64,000 nt of DNA, from contig CAVWWD010000005.1 of NCBI GenBank assembly GCA_963758635.1, forward strand, positions 128,001-192,000, read 5' to 3'. Below, in pieces: positions 61,285-64,000 of the stretch. Every line of letters starts with the position of its first letter. Positions within the stretch are counted from its first letter, which is position 1. The position numbers and the translations under genes were made by a program. The DNA is from an uncultured Candidatus Rokubacteria bacterium (GTDB lineage: Bacteria > Methylomirabilota > Methylomirabilia > Rokubacteriales > CSP1-6). Below the pieces are notes generated by a model. It saw nothing but the letters and a program-made list of their open reading frames with translations, did not search any database and was not told where the DNA came from.

Positions 61285-61917
61285 ATGCACGCTCTGGCCC
61301 CCGCGGTGGCGCGTCCCGCCCTCGGCCTGCTCGGCTGGACCCTCCGCGTCCGGCGCGACGAGCGCGCGGTGAGCCCGCTCTGGGCCTCGGGCGCGCCCGT
61401 GATCTACGCCACGTGGCACTCGCGCGTGCTCCTCCTGCCCTGGCTCTACCGGGGCCGCCGCCTCCGGGTGCTCACGAGCCGCTCGCGCCACGGCGAGATG
61501 GTCGCGCGGGTGGTGCAGAGCTTCGGGCTCGACGTGGTGCGCGGCTCGTCAAGCCGGGGCGGCGCCGACGCGCTCCGCCGGCTCCTCCGGGCTCTCCGCG
61601 ACGGCGCGGACGTGGTCGTCGTGCCCGACGGCCCGCGCGGGCCACGGGAGGTGGCCAAGCCCGGCGTCGTCGCGCTGGCCGCCGCGAGCGGCGCGGCCAT
61701 CGTGCCCGTCGCCGTGGGCGCCTCGCGGGAGTGGCGCCTGCACTCCTGGGACGGCTTCCGCATCCCGCAGCCGGGAGCGCGTCTGGTGGTGGGCTTCGCC
61801 GAGCCCCTGCGGGTGCCGGCGCGGGCCGACCACGCGGCGAGGGAGGCCGCGCGCAAGGACCTCGAGGCGAGCCTCGGCGCGCTCGCCGAGCGGATCGACG
61901 CGGAGGCCGCGCGATGA
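61285..61917 (+). CDS. DUF374 / lysophospholipid acyltransferase family
   Basis: WH, SRSRHGE, RGSSSRGG, PDGPRGP, SWD. Confidence 0.85.
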   Translation: MHALAPAVARPALGLLGWTLRVRRDERAVSPLWASGAPVIYATWHSRVLLLPWLYRGRRLRVLTSRSRHGEMVARVVQSFGLDVVRGSSSRGGADALRRLLRALRDGADVVVVPDGPRGPREVAKPGVVALAAASGAAIVPVAVGASREWRLHSWDGFRIPQPGARLVVGFAEPLRVPARADHAAREAARKDLEASLGALAERIDAEAAR

Positions 61918-63212
61918 TCCACGCCATCTACTCCGCCGGCCTCACCGCGGCCCTGCTCGCGTACGTCCCGGTGGTGCTCGCCCGGCGGCTGCGCGGAGGC
62001 GGCGCCGGGGCGAACCTGCGGGAACGGCTGGGCCGGGGCGGCGACACGCTGCCCGCGGAGCCGCGCTGCTGGATCCACGCCGTGTCCGTGGGCGAGACGA
62101 TCACCGCGGTGCCCCTCGTCGACGCGATCCGGCAGCGCTGGCCCGAGCTGTCGATCGTGCTCAGCACGGTGACGCCCACCGGCGCGCAGGTCGCGCGCGA
62201 GCGGCTCGCGGGGCGGGCCGTCCACCGCTACTTCCCGCTCGACCTGCCGGGGCCGGTCGGCCGCGTGGTGGACGCCGTGCGGCCCCGCTTCTTCATCGCG
62301 ATGGAGACGGAGCTCTGGCCGAACTTCATCCGCGCCCTCGCCGCGCGCGGCGTGCCGTGCATGATCGCCAACGGCCGCGTCTCCGATCGCTCGTACCGGC
62401 GCTACCGGCTCGTGCGCAGGCTGCTGGCCGGCGTGCTCCGGCGCATCTCCGCGTTCGGGATGCAGTCGGACGAGGACGCGCGCCGCATCCTCGCGCTCGG
62501 CGCGCCGCCCGAGCGGGTGGTGGTGACGGGAAGCTTGAAAGCCGATGCGGTGGCCGACCCGGCGGGGGTCGACTGGGAGCAGCTCCTCGGGCTGGCCCCG
62601 GACGAGACCCTGTGGATCGCGGGCAGCACCCACCGCGGCGAGGACGAGGTCGTGCTCGACGCGTTCGTGCGCCTGCGCGCGCGCCGTCCCCGCCTCGTCC
62701 TGCTCCTCGCGCCGCGCCACCCTGAGCGCGCGGGGGACGTGGAGCGGCTGGCGCGCGAGCGCGGGCTCGACGGGGTCCGGCGCACCGCGCTGCCCGGCGC
62801 GGGCCGCCGGCGCGCCGTGGTCGTGCTGGACACGGTGGGCGAGCTCGCCCAGCTCTACCGCCTCGCCACGGTCGTCTTCATCGGGGGCAGCCTCACGGAC
62901 AACGGCGGCCACAACATGCTCGAGCCGGCGCTCTGGGCCCGGCCCGTCCTGTTCGGCCCGCACACCGAGAACTTCCGCGACAGCGCCGCGCTCCTGCTCG
63001 AGGCCGGCGCGGCGTGGCGAGTCCAGGACGGGGAGGCGCTGGAGCGCGCGGTGGGGGGCCTGCTCGACGACCCGGACGGCGCGCGCGCGATGGGCGAGCG
63101 GGGGCGCGCGGCGGTGGCCAGCCGCCAGGGCGCGCTCCGGGCCACCATGGACCTGCTCGAGCAGATGCTGGCGCGGGGCGACGGCCCCCGGGGCCAGGCC
63201 GGCCTGCGGTGA
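61914..63212 (+). CDS. waaA: Kdo transferase
   Basis: WIHAVSVGE, ETELWP, NGRVS, GSTH, APRHPER, GGHNMLEP. Confidence 0.95.
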   Translation: MIHAIYSAGLTAALLAYVPVVLARRLRGGGAGANLRERLGRGGDTLPAEPRCWIHAVSVGETITAVPLVDAIRQRWPELSIVLSTVTPTGAQVARERLAGRAVHRYFPLDLPGPVGRVVDAVRPRFFIAMETELWPNFIRALAARGVPCMIANGRVSDRSYRRYRLVRRLLAGVLRRISAFGMQSDEDARRILALGAPPERVVVTGSLKADAVADPAGVDWEQLLGLAPDETLWIAGSTHRGEDEVVLDAFVRLRARRPRLVLLLAPRHPERAGDVERLARERGLDGVRRTALPGAGRRRAVVVLDTVGELAQLYRLATVVFIGGSLTDNGGHNMLEPALWARPVLFGPHTENFRDSAALLLEAGAAWRVQDGEALERAVGGLLDDPDGARAMGERGRAAVASRQGALRATMDLLEQMLARGDGPRGQAGLR

Positions 63213-63269
63213 CCGGGCGCCGCGCTCACCGCCGAGCGCCCGCTTGCCTGTCGCGCTAAGCTACGCAGG

Positions 63270-64000
63270 ATGGATCAGCGACCTCGCGACCCCGGGAGCT
63301 GGCTCGAGCGCGTCTGGAGCGAGGGCGGCTCGGGCCCGGTGACGGCCGCGCTGTCCGCGCTGAGCCTGGGCTATCGGGCCGGGCTCGTGGCACGGCGCCA
63401 TCTCTACGGCCTGGGGCTCCTGCGCACGGGACGGCTTCCGTGCCCGGTCGTCTCCATCGGCAACCTCACGCTCGGCGGCAGTGGCAAGACGCCGATGGTC
63501 GAGCTGGCCGTGCGCACGCTGGTGGCCCTTGGCGCCGCTCCCGCGGTCGTGAGCCGCGGATACCGGCGCGACACCCGCGGCGTGCAGGTGGTGGCCGACC
63601 GCGACGGCGTGCGGCTCGCCGCGCGCGCGGCCGGCGACGAGCCCGTCCTGCTGGCCGAGCGCCTCTCGCGCATCCCGGTGGTGGTCGGAGAGAACCGCTA
63701 CGAGGCGGCGCGCGTCGCCGTCGACCGCTTCCAGGCCACCGTGGTCGTCCTCGACGACGGCTTCCAGAACCGCACGATCGAGAAGGACCTCGAGGTGCTC
63801 GTGGTGAACGGCCGGGCGCCCTGGGGGACGCGCCGGATCTTCCCGCGCGGCACGCTCCGGGAGCCGCTGTCCGCGGTGAAGCGCGCGCACCTGATCGTGA
63901 TCACCAACCCGCCCACCGTCGCCGACGCCGAGGCCATCGAACTCACCCTCCGCCAGCACCGCGCGACCGCGCCGGTGCTGAGCGCGGTGTACCAGCCCGT
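63270..64000 (+). CDS. lpxK: Tetraacyldisaccharide 4'-kinase, partial
   Basis: Manual translation: SIGNLTLGGSGKTP, SRGY, GDEP, LDDGFQ, PRGTLREP. Confidence 0.93.
   Translation, partial: MDQRPRDPGSWLERVWSEGGSGPVTAALSALSLGYRAGLVARRHLYGLGLLRTGRLPCPVVSIGNLTLGGSGKTPMVELAVRTLVALGAAPAVVSRGYRRDTRGVQVVADRDGVRLAARAAGDEPVLLAERLSRIPVVVGENRYEAARVAVDRFQATVVVLDDGFQNRTIEKDLEVLVVNGRAPWGTRRIFPRGTLREPLSAVKRAHLIVITNPPTVADAEAIELTLRQHRATAPVLSAVYQP

Overview
High-GC, almost entirely core-genome window from a diderm bacterium. Gene content and style suggest Methylomirabilota/Rokubacteriales, but this is inference. Order: membrane protein; MoaD-like carrier, aminotransferase, glycerate kinase; rlmN-mtaB-MTA phosphorylase-adenosine kinase; a form II CoxSLM Mo-hydroxylase cluster with maturation genes, SufU/SufS and a ureohydrolase; nfeD-SPFH; tRNA-Ala(CGC); a small accessory stretch (22-28 kb); tlyA-nadK-recN-secA-smc-rodZ-ftsY; rib operon-nusB; lnt-prfB-lysS-lolCD-clpC-bamA-skp; lipid A genes. 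Many essential genes carry 1-bp indels, densest at about 38-48 kb. These are most likely long-read errors; only the prfB shift looks programmed. Most interesting signals: (1) a secreted protein with about 45 S-x-Q-[EQ]-A-P-R repeats under a sigma54-type promoter, next to a protease-TM-rhodanese fusion; (2) an ~80-nt structured non-coding element present twice (3.8 kb +, 22.6 kb -); (3) a 39-aa CxxC..WxHxxC zinc-finger microprotein missed by the ORF track; (4) an lpxB lacking most of its N-terminal domain.
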